Source: an uncultured delta proteobacterium
GTDB taxonomy: Bacteria; Myxococcota_A; UBA9160; SMWR01
Length of the DNA stretch: 64,000 nt
NCBI GenBank assembly: GCA_963832165.1
Contig: CAWHTE010000005.1
Location: 160,001 to 224,000, forward strand
Reading direction: 5' to 3'
Below, in pieces: positions 30,759-38,985 of the stretch (positions within the stretch are counted from its first letter, which is position 1; each line of letters begins with the position of its first letter). Position numbers and translations under genes: made by a program. Under the pieces are notes generated by a model. The model saw only the letters and a program-made list of their open reading frames with translations. It was not told the origin of the DNA and ran no database searches.

Positions 30759-31255
30759 GCTGCGGCCAGCCGCTCGACGAGCGACTCGACGCGTTCCTTC
30801 AGCGCCGCGCGCGACGGAAAGTACTGCTCGCGCATGGGCGGAAACCCGCTCCAGATCTCGGTCGTGAGATCGTCGACGCGCGCCTCGGCCGGCAGCCCCG
30901 TGTCGATCATGACGACGAGCCGCGCGCGGTTCGCGTCCTCGGCGTCGATCACGCGGGGCCGGTAGCCGTGCAGGCGGTAGCCCTCGAGTGCGAGCGCGAG
31001 CACCATGCGCAGCGGGACGTCTCGGAAGCTCGGCGTCGACGCTCGGGATACCGCCCGCTCGCGGAGACCGCGCTCACTCGCCAGCCGGTTGAAGTACGAC
31101 GCCGACCACACGCTCATGGCCACGCCGTTCTGGCACACGAACACGATCTCCGCCTCACGCGGATCGCCCGCCTCGCGTCCGCCCCACGACGCCACCGCGA
31201 GCGCCGCCGTGAGCAGTACCCCGAGCGAGAGCGCTGCGATTGCGGGAATCCTCAT
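30698..31255 (-). CDS. LMW-PTP/ArsC-like fold protein with signal peptide
   Basis: IVFVCQNGVAMS, RAVSR, RPR, W..P..LKERVESLV. Confidence 0.65.
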   Translation of the reverse strand: MRIPAIAALSLGVLLTAALAVASWGGREAGDPREAEIVFVCQNGVAMSVWSASYFNRLASERGLRERAVSRASTPSFRDVPLRMVLALALEGYRLHGYRPRVIDAEDANRARLVVMIDTGLPAEARVDDLTTEIWSGFPPMREQYFPSRAALKERVESLVERLAAAQRAGSAPGASHAIAPISPP

Positions 31256-31296
31256 GCAGGAAGTAACGCCGCAGGCCGGCCCGGCGTTACAGCGCG

Positions 31297-32580
31297 CTAG
31301 CCGGCCACATCCTCGAGCTCGCGCCGCGCCGTCTCGGGTACGAGCGCCACGCTCGCAGCGGCGCCCAGGCAGGCGAGCGCCACGAGCGGCAGCGCGATCG
31401 ACTGCGACCCGAACGCCTCCATCCCTGCGCCGTAGAGCAGGAGCCCCGTGCCCACGCCGAGCGTCTCGAGCAGCGCGAGGCTGCCCGCGCCGGTGCCGCG
31501 CAGCGAGGTGGGAAACAGCTCGGTGGCGAGCGTGCGAACGGTCACCGTGATCGCCATCGACAGGAACACCATGAGCGTCCACGGGAGCGCCACCCACGCA
31601 GGAGGCCCCGCGAAGAACGCGAGCGAGGCGATCGGAAACAGCGCGATCACGCACACCGCCACCTTCCGGCGGCCGTAGCGATCACCGAGTCGACCGGCCA
31701 CGGGATTTCCGATGATCGCGAATGCGCCGAACACGACCGTGAGCGCCGCGAACGCGCCCGGGCGCCAGCCGTGCTCGGTCTGCAGGAACTCCGAGACGAA
31801 CTGAAACGACGGTCCCGTGCCCGCGCTCGACAGGCCGCCGATCAGCGCGATCGCGAGCGCGCGCCGCGGGTGGGCGCGCAGCAGCTCGGCGAGGCCGCCC
31901 AGCCCACGCGGGCCGACGATTCCGCTGCGCGACATCGCCGCGAAGCGCGTCGTCTCGCGCAGGCCGCGCGCCAGCGCGGGCAGGAACAGGAGCGGGATCA
32001 CGCCGAGCGCGTACAGCCCGCGCCAACCGAACGGCAGCCATTCGACGGTGCCGTACAGCAGCGCACCGAAGCCGTAGCCGATTGCGCCGACGCCGCCGAG
32101 CATGCCGATCCCCCATCCGCGGTGATGGGCGGGGAACTCCTCGGAGACGACCACGAACGACGTGATCGCGGCCGCGACGATGCACGTGCGCGTGGCGATC
32201 TGTGCGGCGATGAACTGCGCCGGCGATTGCGCGAGCGCGGTCGCGAACGAGCCCACGCTCATGCCCGCGATCGCGAGCAGCAGGATCCGGCGCCGGCCGA
32301 TGCGATCGGCGAGCGGCAGCAGCAGGAACGCGGGCAATGCTCCGAATCGCGTCCATGCGGTGAACTCGCCCTGCATCGCCTTGTCGAGACCGAACGTCGC
32401 AGCGATCTGCGGCAGCGCGTTGGCGAACATGCCGAGGTCGTAGTTCTCGAAGAACATCGCGAGCGTCACGAATCCGAGCACGCGCAGGTGCGCGGGCTCG
32501 ACACCCTGCGGCACTCCGCCCAGAAACGGCGGGATCCACCACGGGTTCTGGCGCGGGGAGCGAAACCCCGATCCGCTCAT
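31297..32580 (-). CDS. MFS transporter
   Basis: LADRIGRR, EEFPAHHRG, LGDRYGRR, TELFPTSLRG. Confidence 0.92.
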   Translation of the reverse strand: MSGSGFRSPRQNPWWIPPFLGGVPQGVEPAHLRVLGFVTLAMFFENYDLGMFANALPQIAATFGLDKAMQGEFTAWTRFGALPAFLLLPLADRIGRRRILLLAIAGMSVGSFATALAQSPAQFIAAQIATRTCIVAAAITSFVVVSEEFPAHHRGWGIGMLGGVGAIGYGFGALLYGTVEWLPFGWRGLYALGVIPLLFLPALARGLRETTRFAAMSRSGIVGPRGLGGLAELLRAHPRRALAIALIGGLSSAGTGPSFQFVSEFLQTEHGWRPGAFAALTVVFGAFAIIGNPVAGRLGDRYGRRKVAVCVIALFPIASLAFFAGPPAWVALPWTLMVFLSMAITVTVRTLATELFPTSLRGTGAGSLALLETLGVGTGLLLYGAGMEAFGSQSIALPLVALACLGAAASVALVPETARRELEDVAG

Positions 32581-33989
32581 CGCGTCGCTTCGGCTGCAGG
32601 GGTGCTAGGCGCGCAGGGCTCATCCCAGATCGTGACATCGTCGACGCGATCGGAGCCGCCAGACGCCGGAGGCGCTTCCTTGAGGAGGTGGATCGTCACG
32701 CTCTCGAGCTGTGCCCTGTCATTGCGTCGCGCATTCTCGCTGCGACACAGCCACACCGCGTACGCCTGCCGGACTGCCGGCCGCCGACGCCACAAGCCCC
32801 GGTGATAGATGCGCCAGCGCCAGCCGAGATCGAGCTCGGACAGGCGCGTTGGGGTCGACCACGACGGCGCACCGCCCCAGAGCAGATCCTCTTCCGCGCC
32901 GTCGGCACGCCGTCCGAGGACCACGAGCCAGCCGTCACCACGGCCCGGGTCCGCGAACATCCCCCACTTCTGAGTGAGCCCGCTGAGCTGGAGCGGTGCT
33001 CGCAGCGGCGCGGGAATCGACCGCTCGGGCAGCGTGCCCAGATTCGAGACGAGCACCAGGCCCAGGCACGCGAGCGCGAGCCATTGCCGTTTCCGGAGCA
33101 GGTCGGGCGCTCCACCGGCCCCAACACCGAGCCGATCCCAGAGGGTTCCCGGAATCAGCGCGCACCAGGCCACGATGCACACGAACGAGAAGAGCCCGAG
33201 ATCCAGCAGCAGGAGCAGCCCGAGGTGGAAGCCCCAGAAGCCGAGCACGAGCGCGGTGCGCAGCGGACCGACTCCGAGCGGCACGAACAGCAAGAGCGGC
33301 GCAATCGCCTCGAAATAGCGCACCGCGTGTGTGATCGCGGTGAGGAGCTCGGGGTAGCCCAGAGCGACTGCCGCAAGCGGTCTGGCGATCATCTCGTTCT
33401 GCAGCGCCACCGCCACCGCAGAGCCATCCGACCAGCTCGCTCCCGTCTTGAGCAGCGCGGAGAACGAGTAGATGCAGGCGAGCTGGAAGACGAATCCGAC
33501 GCTGCCGAATCCGAGGAAGCCCCGGGCCGGCGTGCCGCCGCGCCGGTCGATCGAAGCGCGCTCGGCCAGTGGCAGGAACAGCGACCAGAACAGCAGCAGG
33601 CACAGGACCGAGTCGCCCCAGTTCACCACGAGCGGGTTGCGGTGCTGAATCGAGAGCGTGAGGACCCAGGCCAGCGCGGTCGCCAGCCGTGTGCGGTAGC
33701 CCGCGACGAGACACACCCCGGCGAGCGCATGGATCACGAGCAGGCCGCCCGCGAATAGCGCGCTCCCATCGAGCAGGTGCAGCGAGAGAAGCCACCTTCC
33801 CCCGATGAACTCGCGCACGACGGCGCGCGGCACGGCGCCTGCGTCGCCATAGAGCGCGGTCGTGTCGCCCAGGCGCCCGCTTGCGTCGATCACGACGAGC
33901 AGCCCCAGCCCGACGCGGAACAGCGCCAGCGAGCGGCTGTCGAGCGCGAACAGCCGCTCCGGAATACCGCGCAGGAATGCCGGCATCAC
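32577..33989 (-). CDS. HTTM-domain membrane protein
   Basis: LDSRSLALFR, GYRTR, SIQHRNP, QKWGMFA. Confidence 0.85.
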   Translation of the reverse strand: MMPAFLRGIPERLFALDSRSLALFRVGLGLLVVIDASGRLGDTTALYGDAGAVPRAVVREFIGGRWLLSLHLLDGSALFAGGLLVIHALAGVCLVAGYRTRLATALAWVLTLSIQHRNPLVVNWGDSVLCLLLFWSLFLPLAERASIDRRGGTPARGFLGFGSVGFVFQLACIYSFSALLKTGASWSDGSAVAVALQNEMIARPLAAVALGYPELLTAITHAVRYFEAIAPLLLFVPLGVGPLRTALVLGFWGFHLGLLLLLDLGLFSFVCIVAWCALIPGTLWDRLGVGAGGAPDLLRKRQWLALACLGLVLVSNLGTLPERSIPAPLRAPLQLSGLTQKWGMFADPGRGDGWLVVLGRRADGAEEDLLWGGAPSWSTPTRLSELDLGWRWRIYHRGLWRRRPAVRQAYAVWLCRSENARRNDRAQLESVTIHLLKEAPPASGGSDRVDDVTIWDEPCAPSTPAAEATR

Positions 33990-34060
33990 GGCCCGATCGC
34001 GCCGCCGCAGGTTCTCATGTCGCGATCATGCGCGAACGGATCGCGGTTGCAACGGAGCAG

Positions 34061-34088
34061 TGGCGTCCCCAACGGGAGTCGAACCCGT
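34061..34088 (-). repeat. att copy: duplicated 3' end of tRNA-Glu
   Basis: tggcgtccccaacgggagtcgaacccgt identical to 43531-43558. Confidence 0.97.
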
Positions 34089-34113
34089 TGGGTTTCTCCG
34101 CAACCGCTTGCAA

Positions 34114-34362
34114 TCACGACTCTTTCCTCCGCGCGAGGTTGTGACGGGTTTGTGACGGTCGCCGCGCTAGGTGGCGCACCAGCAGCGCTCGTAGAAAATC
34201 GCTCGGCGACTCGTCGCCCGTGGCGTCTTCCAACGCCCGCGCCTCATTGGCGGTCAGGTTCACCGTCACCCGTATCTTGCGCCGCTCGCCGGGAGGGAGA
34301 GGCTTCCGACCCGATCCGGGCCTCGGTCCTCCCCACTCGCCTTTGGTTTTGCGACGCATCAA
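34114..34362 (-). CDS. Small DNA-binding protein (GGxRPGSGRK motif plus ribbon-helix-helix-like region)
   Basis: WGGPRPGSGRKP..RVTVNLT..EARAL..PSDFLRALL. Confidence 0.65.
   Translation of the reverse strand: MMRRKTKGEWGGPRPGSGRKPLPPGERRKIRVTVNLTANEARALEDATGDESPSDFLRALLVRHLARRPSQTRHNLARRKES
34139..34158 (+). promoter_or_regulatory. Putative integrase arm-type sites, left
   Basis: TTGTGACGG twice, 11-bp period. Confidence 0.6.
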
Positions 34363-34502
34363 ACCATCTTACGGGCTCACTGCTCTCGCCGCCACAGGCG
34401 CGGCTCGAACCACCGGGGCCACTGATTCGCCCACCACCCGTCGTGCGGCGAGCGCGTGTTCGGCGAGATCGTTCCGGGCGGTCGAGAGCGCGGCCGCTCC
34501 GT

Positions 34503-35157
34503 TCATGCGTCCAGCGTCGTCTCCCCGCTCTCGTCCCCGTCCTCGCCCGCAACGCCGGTTTCGCAGGTCGGGTAGCCGCGCAGCCGCTGTGCCTCCATCG
34601 CGATCCGTTTCGCCATGCCGTCACCACCGAGAGACTCGATGACAGCCCGAGAACAAGAACAACCACGTGCGCGCGTGCGGCAACGAAACACGGATCCTTG
34701 TTCTCGGGGTCTCCGGGTGCCGGAGGCAGCACCGGCATCCCATAGAGGACGCGGAACATCATCTCGTCGCCATCGATCCCAGACTCGCGGCGGTACTCGT
34801 CGGCGCTCACGATGTACTCGGCCACTGAGATCGCGCTCGGGTCCCTCCGTGCAGATCGACGTTCCACCAGAATGGCTGCGCGAAGCCCATCATCAGTGAA
34901 GTGAGCCACTCGGCCGCGGCATCGGGGATCAGGAACCGGCCCTTGCCGCGCCGCTGCGAATCCTCCGCCAGCTGACGGGCGCGCCACTGTGCAACCTCGT
35001 GCAGCCGAAAGAGGTAGTCGCTCCTTCCGTTTCTCCGCCGCTCGTGCGGACAGCCGCGGCGAACCCAGTTGTCAACCGTTACCAGGCTCACGCCGTACTC
35101 ACGCGCCAGGTCGGAGCGGTTGTAGGTCAACTCGCTCTCGTCTTCCGTCCCGCTCAT
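34503..35157 (-). CDS. Lambda Nu1/TerS-like winged-HTH protein (Rpp-like?), probably frameshifted
   Basis: YNRSDLAREYGVSLVTVDNWVRRGCP..YLFRLHEVAQWR resembles the Nu1 N-terminal HTH; C-terminal extent is inferred across frames. Confidence 0.6.
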
Positions 35158-35199
35158 ATAAACAACCCCCTAGCGGCTGCAGTGCCTAGGCCGATCGGG

Positions 35200-35241
35200 C
35201 GCGGTGCCCGACTCCGCAAGCAAGGACTCCAGGAAGGACCC
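35200..35241 (-). other. Lambda-like cosQ-cosN packaging site
   Basis: Minus strand GGGTCCT-N15-TTGCG-GAGTCGGGCAC-CGCG, 42 bp upstream of the Nu1-like start. Confidence 0.6.
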
Positions 35242-35312
35242 GCGAAGTCTATGTGCTACGGAAAGCGTAGCACCTGGAGCGCTTCGCTCGGGGTCGCCGG
35301 TCCTTTTGGAAT

Positions 35313-35380
35313 CCGGCCTCCGCGGGGCTGGAACTTTCCCACAGGCCGCTAAGGCGGAGGCCGGTCAGCTGCAGCGCCTT
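35313..35380 (-). other. Truncated attC (L'' plus terminal hairpin), interrupted by IS; its R'' lies at 36918-36924
   Basis: Removing the IS gives GCCTAACAAGGCGCTGCAGCTGACCGGCCTCCGC..GCGGAGGCCGG; L'/R' missing. Confidence 0.8.
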
Positions 35381-35399
35381 CCATAGTAGGCGATGTCAA

Positions 35400-35715
35400 G
35401 AGCATGGTACTCCGTTATTCGACCTAGCGGCGTCGAACGTCCAGGCATCATTCGATCGATCGGCACCGTACGGGTCCATCCGCCATCCTCCTCCGCGTTC
35501 TCCTCGGGCCGTGAAGCGTGCGGGCTTGCGAACCATGCTTCCATCGGGGCCTCGAAGGCCATCGCTTCATTCGGTCCTGCGAGGGGGCATATCCTTGTTA
35601 TTGGGCCTGCAACCGCAGTCGCGGCCACGCGTTGGCACGGATGCTTCCCCTCGACCCTGTGCCCCGGAGATCCAGATCTCGCTGTAGCAGACGATGCTCC
35701 GTCGATGCAGAGCGA
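35400..35715 (-). ncRNA. Candidate bridge/seek RNA in the IS 3' non-coding end (boundaries approximate)
   Basis: Target match CCTTGTTA (35593-35600), AAGGC (35555-35559), donor match CTTCCAT (35538-35544). Confidence 0.65.
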
Positions 35716-36771
35716 TCAGTGGGTGACGAGATTGTGGATCTTCCCGGGGTCGTACTCCTCCTGTGTCTTCCACATGGCCAGCACGATCGCGGCGATCTGC
35801 CGCGCCACCGTGAGCTTGGCCAGGTTCGGCTTCGTGCCGTTCTCGAGCTGCCGGTCGTAGCCCTCGCGCAGCGGATTCGGTCCGCAGTGCGCGACGACGG
35901 TCGTGGCCGCGCCCTTGAAGATCGCTTTGAGCATCCGGTTGTGGTTGAAGTTCAAACCGCGCGTCTGCACGACCCGAGCCTTCACCCATCGGCCCTGGTC
36001 CTGCACCCAGTCGCTCGACGACCGCATCACGACCCCAAAGCCACAGTAGGCCCAAAACTGCCGCTTGGTGCGGAAGCGGTACGGGGTCACCACGATCGGC
36101 AGCATCTGCGCGACCCGGATCGGACCGAGCCCGGGCGCAGTCTCGAGGATCCGCGCGATCCGATGCCGATGCGACTCGCGCAGCATCGCCGCTTCCGCTT
36201 CGGCCTTGAGCGCTTCGAGCTGATCGAGCTCGCGTCCCAGGAGCTCGACGGCTTCCCGTGTCGCCGGCGGCAGCGCCTGCGCACGCTTCGCCCGTTCCTC
36301 GAGCTTGTACAGCGCGTCGCCCGCACACGGCAGGCCGCGAGACCGAAAGAAGCTCTTCAGTCGACTCTTCACCCGCGCCACGTCCCGGGTCACCATCGTG
36401 TACGTCCGAGCCCGATCGCGCAACGCCGTGAAGAGCTTCGCGTCCTTGTACACCGGCCGCTTGATCCCCCCGGTGCGCAGCTTCTCCGCGAGCCCATGCG
36501 CGTCGATCGCGTCGCTCTTCTGGCCCGGCTTCCACTCACCGCGGTACACGACGAGCTCGTCCACATGGGGCGAGAGGATCTCGTAGAGCCACTGGCTCCA
36601 CTCGCCTTCCTCGATGCACAAGTGCAGATTCCCCGCGAACGATTGGAGGTAGCCCACGAGCGCCTTCCCATTCGTCTCCACCACGTCGCGCCGGATCTGC
36701 TTCCCCGACGCATCCAACCCGCAGAACGTGACACTCGCGGCGTGCACGTCGGCTCCGAGATAGCGTTCCAT
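35716..36771 (-). CDS. IS110-family transposase/recombinase
   Basis: YLGADVH, CIEEG, KSDAIDA (DEDD RuvC); TAPGLGP, FWAYCGF..RSSS; RBS AAGGAGG. Confidence 0.95.
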   Translation of the reverse strand: MERYLGADVHAASVTFCGLDASGKQIRRDVVETNGKALVGYLQSFAGNLHLCIEEGEWSQWLYEILSPHVDELVVYRGEWKPGQKSDAIDAHGLAEKLRTGGIKRPVYKDAKLFTALRDRARTYTMVTRDVARVKSRLKSFFRSRGLPCAGDALYKLEERAKRAQALPPATREAVELLGRELDQLEALKAEAEAAMLRESHRHRIARILETAPGLGPIRVAQMLPIVVTPYRFRTKRQFWAYCGFGVVMRSSSDWVQDQGRWVKARVVQTRGLNFNHNRMLKAIFKGAATTVVAHCGPNPLREGYDRQLENGTKPNLAKLTVARQIAAIVLAMWKTQEEYDPGKIHNLVTH

Positions 36772-36918
36772 TGCGGTCCTCCTTCGTTGGGCGTCCATGC
36801 CCAGGTCGTGTTTCAACCCGAAGCATGTCCCCAGCGGAGGAGACCGCCACCGCGCCTCGATGCTGCCTTCCCATGCAGCGCGCCTCGATCGAGGACGTGA
36901 CCTACTTATGATCCCTTG

Positions 36919-37455
36919 TTAGGCCGCGGCCAGCTCGCCAGCTCGGCCATGGGTAAGCAGCTCGCGGAAGCTCTCAGGAACGTGTGCAACCAGTTGCGAG
37001 CGAAGATGCCAGAGGCCGTTTCGCCCAACCTGGACATCCGCGGCCGCAAGGAAGAGAGTTTGTATGTGAACTGGCGGATCGCCAGAGACCGTGCAGATCG
37101 AAACGATTGTGGCGGTTGAGATAGAACGCGGAGTTGTGATAGGGGGGACATACTCGCGCGAGGCGACCATCGTTCTTGAGCGAGCCTGTCCGTCGCCGAT
37201 TTCGAATGCGACTTGGATGTCGCGACCGCCCGAGTCGTAGTGCCCGAGAAACAGCCGGACGGGATGCCCCCCGGGAGCACCACGCTCGGACTTGCACCAG
37301 GAAACCTTGCCAGCTCGGATGACGAAGGACACCGCAACGATCGGTTCGGATGCGGCCGCTGTACCGCGCCAGTCGCGAACCGCCGCTGGAAGCCAAGCGC
37401 CTGTGAGGGCGACGTCGAGCCGTCGACAGGCATCGGATTGGAACGCATCCAGCAT
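36919..37455 (-). CDS. Integron cassette 3: hypothetical protein
   Basis: Stop TAA lies inside the R'' GCCTAAC; ATG 15 bp after the R' core. Confidence 0.65.
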   Translation of the reverse strand: MLDAFQSDACRRLDVALTGAWLPAAVRDWRGTAAASEPIVAVSFVIRAGKVSWCKSERGAPGGHPVRLFLGHYDSGGRDIQVAFEIGDGQARSRTMVASREYVPPITTPRSISTATIVSICTVSGDPPVHIQTLFLAAADVQVGRNGLWHLRSQLVAHVPESFRELLTHGRAGELAAA

Positions 37456-37470
37456 GATTCTCTTGCCGCG

Positions 37471-37595
37471 GCCTAACGGATCGGCGTTGAGCTGCCGGCC
37501 GCTGACCGATTCGCGACGGCTCTCAACGCTCGCCGCCAGAATGCTACCACCGTTCGGAAGGGCGCAGGACGGTCAGCTCCAACGCCTTGTTGGGC
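37471..37595 (-). other. attC site (125 bp)
   Basis: Minus strand GCCCAACAAGGCGTTGGAGCTGACC...GGCAGCTCAACGCCGATCCGTTAGGC. Confidence 0.92.
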
Positions 37596-37622
37596 AGCGC
37601 CTAGCGCATCTAGACAAGGACG

Positions 37623-38003
37623 CTACCGAAGCAGTGCATCAAGGTCGTCCCGCCAGGGATGCCGGTCCGGAGCTGCCCACTCCCCACTTGGCGGTGGAAA
37701 GTTCGAACGAGCGTAGGCGCACCTTGTAGAGAAGTCGACCACCGCGTAGAGGCGGTCGTTGATGAAAAGGCCGGCCTTCTGGCCGTCTGGAGACCAGACG
37801 ACGCGCACGATCGCCTCGTGGTGATTATCGGCAAACTGGGACGCCTTGTAGATCTGGACCGCGTCTAGGATTGAACCGCGTTCGCGATCGTGTGCGTAGA
37901 AGTAGCCCGATTCGCCGTCGTCTTCGAACACAACACTCACGGGCGAACTCGGTGAGTCGCTCGCGAACCACGCTTCTTTGCCTGGTGTGAGGTGCTCAAG
38001 CAT
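37623..38003 (-). CDS. Integron cassette 2: DUF2251-like protein
   Basis: VVFEDDGESGYFYA..ILDAVQIY..WSPDG.KA.L.IN..YAVVDF..RSNFPPP. Confidence 0.8.
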   Translation of the reverse strand: MLEHLTPGKEAWFASDSPSSPVSVVFEDDGESGYFYAHDRERGSILDAVQIYKASQFADNHHEAIVRVVWSPDGQKAGLFINDRLYAVVDFSTRCAYARSNFPPPSGEWAAPDRHPWRDDLDALLR

Positions 38004-38011
38004 TCGGCGCT

Positions 38012-38171
38012 GCCCAACGGATCGGCGCTCAGCTGCGAGCGCGCTGACCGCGATGTTACAACACGGCGCCACGCCGCCAGACCGCAAGAGCCGCTGGCGA
38101 GGCGAAGCGAGCCCAAGCGGCGATGCCACGAGAATCCACTGGCGCTCGGCAGCTGCAGCGCCTTGTTGGGC
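38012..38171 (-). other. attC site (160 bp)
   Basis: Minus strand GCCCAACAAGGCGCTGCAGCTGCCGAGCGC...GCGCTCGCAGCTGAGCGCCGATCCGTTGGGC. Confidence 0.92.
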
Positions 38172-38192
38172 GGCGTGCTGCCATTCAACAGC

Positions 38193-38837
38193 TCATCTCG
38201 CGAGCGATTGAACTCGCTGCAGCATCTCAACTCGATCTTTCGTGGTCGGGGGGACAAGCTTGCTGTCCGCTACGAATGCGGGTGCCCCGTGTCCAATAAC
38301 GAACCTCGTCCCGAATCTTACCCGCGGGTTGTACTCCAGTACTTCGACTTTGGTTCGGGTGGGACCATCATCCCGTAGATGGATGATGAAGTCGCAGTGA
38401 AATGGCAGAGGCTTTCCAGATGCCGTGTATTCGGAATACCACTCCATAGCACCATTAAGGAAGATATCGTGCTTTCTCGCCTCGGCCGAAAGGCGACGGT
38501 ATCGGTCCATCGCAGGGTCATCCTTACTGTTACGACTTGGAGGCGGCCAAGTATTCTCGTCTGTCGGAACGAAATTACCAAGTGAAAATGACCTGTATTC
38601 GAGGTGCGGGGTTACTAGCGACCTGCCGGGAAGGCGAACAGTAGCTCTGTCCACCAACTTCTCGCCTAGCGCACCATCGCGGATCTTCGCCGAGACGTCG
38701 GCAAGACTTAGCGGGACGACGCCCTCAACGAAATCTCTGGTTTCAGCGGCTTGCCGCTCAACCTCCCCCCCGCAGGAGAAAAGGAGCGGCAGAAGAGCGA
38801 TCAGTAGTTCCTTGCGCTCCATACGCAGCTTTCGCAT
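38193..38837 (-). CDS. Integron cassette 1: hypothetical lipoprotein (start uncertain)
   Basis: MERKELLIALLPLLFSC lipobox; visibly more AT-rich than host genes. Confidence 0.7.
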   Translation of the reverse strand: MRKLRMERKELLIALLPLLFSCGGEVERQAAETRDFVEGVVPLSLADVSAKIRDGALGEKLVDRATVRLPGRSLVTPHLEYRSFSLGNFVPTDENTWPPPSRNSKDDPAMDRYRRLSAEARKHDIFLNGAMEWYSEYTASGKPLPFHCDFIIHLRDDGPTRTKVEVLEYNPRVRFGTRFVIGHGAPAFVADSKLVPPTTKDRVEMLQRVQSLAR

Positions 38838-38918
38838 CTGCGGCAAGCAGGCCGAGAACACTACGGAGGCAATCAATCCGAACCCTCGAGCGCAATTTGG
38901 TGGTGTTCCATTCACGCC

Positions 38919-38985
38919 GCCCAACTACTAATGGATTGCGCTCCCCCAACAGCAAACGCTGCGAGAGCTTGCAGCCTATTGTACC
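38919..38985 (-). promoter_or_regulatory. attI-like site with possible Pc -10
   Basis: Core GTTGGGC not preceded by an attC palindrome; second GTTGGGG 25 bp upstream; TACAAT at 38983-38978. Confidence 0.6.

Larger units (their letters stand above)
35381..36917 (-). mobile_element. IS110-family (IS1111-like) insertion sequence inserted in attC
   Basis: CCTT at 35377-35380 and 36914-36917; imperfect subterminal IR catagtagg / cctacttatg; transposase inside. Confidence 0.92.

Noticed and set aside
34061..34088. Second tRNA gene
   Set aside because: Only the 3' 28 nt are present; this is the att duplication.
35470..35520. Right-donor guide of the candidate bridge RNA
   Set aside because: Only mismatched candidates (aagcg, cgggtc) against donor aagggatc; not claimed.
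37471..38171. CRISPR array or REP elements
   Set aside because: The repeats are long imperfect palindromes with RYYYAAC/GTTRRRY ends separated by whole genes (attC); no cas genes in the window.
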